From Rickettsiales bacterium UBA2645 (GTDB lineage Bacteria; Pseudomonadota; Alphaproteobacteria; Rickettsiales; UBA1997), in contig DENL01000021.1 in NCBI GenBank assembly GCA_002359655.1, forward strand, positions 1 to 63,446: a stretch of DNA of 63,446 nt. The letters run 5' to 3'. Shown in pieces: positions 63,236 through 63,446 of this stretch (the first letter of the stretch is position 1; each line of letters starts with the position of its first letter). The position numbers and the translations under genes are program-made. The notes beneath the pieces are model-generated. The model had not been told where the DNA came from. It made no database searches and saw only the letters and a program-made list of their open reading frames with translations.

Positions 63236-63446
63236 ATTTGATGTAAAATCAGCTGAAGTTTTGTGATTTCAGTTTGATAATTTTTAATCATCAAATTTAA
63301 GGAGAAGTATTTATGCCAAGAGGTTATCCAAGTTTAAACGAAACTCAAAAATCAGAAATTATTAATCGCGTTAGTGATAAAGGCGAAAGAGTTCCTGATT
63401 TAGCTCGTGAATATGGCGTAATTCCCAAAACCATTTACAACCTCTT
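63195..63446 (+). mobile_element. Left end of an IS3-family-like insertion sequence (runs off the window)
   Basis: IR-like tgccccccaaatttaagacac at about 63201-63221; RBS aaggag; HTH ORF from 63313. Confidence 0.6.
63313..63446 (+). CDS. Transposase OrfA-like HTH protein, partial
   Basis: MPRGYPSLNETQKSEIINRVSDKGERVPDLAREYGVIPKTIYNL... Confidence 0.65.
   Translation, partial: MPRGYPSLNETQKSEIINRVSDKGERVPDLAREYGVIPKTIYNL

Overview
AT-rich bacterial chromosome segment, most likely from an alphaproteobacterium of the Rickettsiales-related environmental type. This is inferred from the GroEL/GroES, DnaN, ThrS and zf-CHCC sequences and a pilin-LamG protein. A housekeeping core (dnaN, recF, groES-groEL, grxC, ribD, purA, dsbD-like, gatA, thrS) lies between two accessory blocks. 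The left block (1-22.7 kb) holds a DUF2269/DCC1-DUF4166/saccharopine-dehydrogenase cluster, a TetR-controlled redox/electrophile-stress operon with two clear operators, ABC, MFS and RND efflux systems, and several pseudogenes. It also holds the standout gene: a full-length 1009-aa MutS protein with the plant organellar MSH1 architecture (mismatch-binding FYE domain, ABC ATPase and C-terminal GIY-YIG nuclease). The right block (38.5-63.4 kb) holds a split-transketolase/epimerase-GT2/GT-C surface-glycosylation cluster and a ~15 kb lipid synthesis/remodelling island. That island contains PlsY-like, GNAT and class V aminotransferase genes on one strand and LplT-Aas, FabH-like, MBL, F390-synthetase-like, 3beta-HSD-like, GT21-like, PAP2 fusion and amidohydrolase genes on the other. 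A flotillin, an RDD pseudogene and the start of an IS3-like element follow. Three paralogous Tyr/Pro/Gln-rich lipoproteins around grxC share a conserved motif. No rRNA, tRNA or CRISPR array was seen. All family calls are from motif recognition by eye; no database searches were run.
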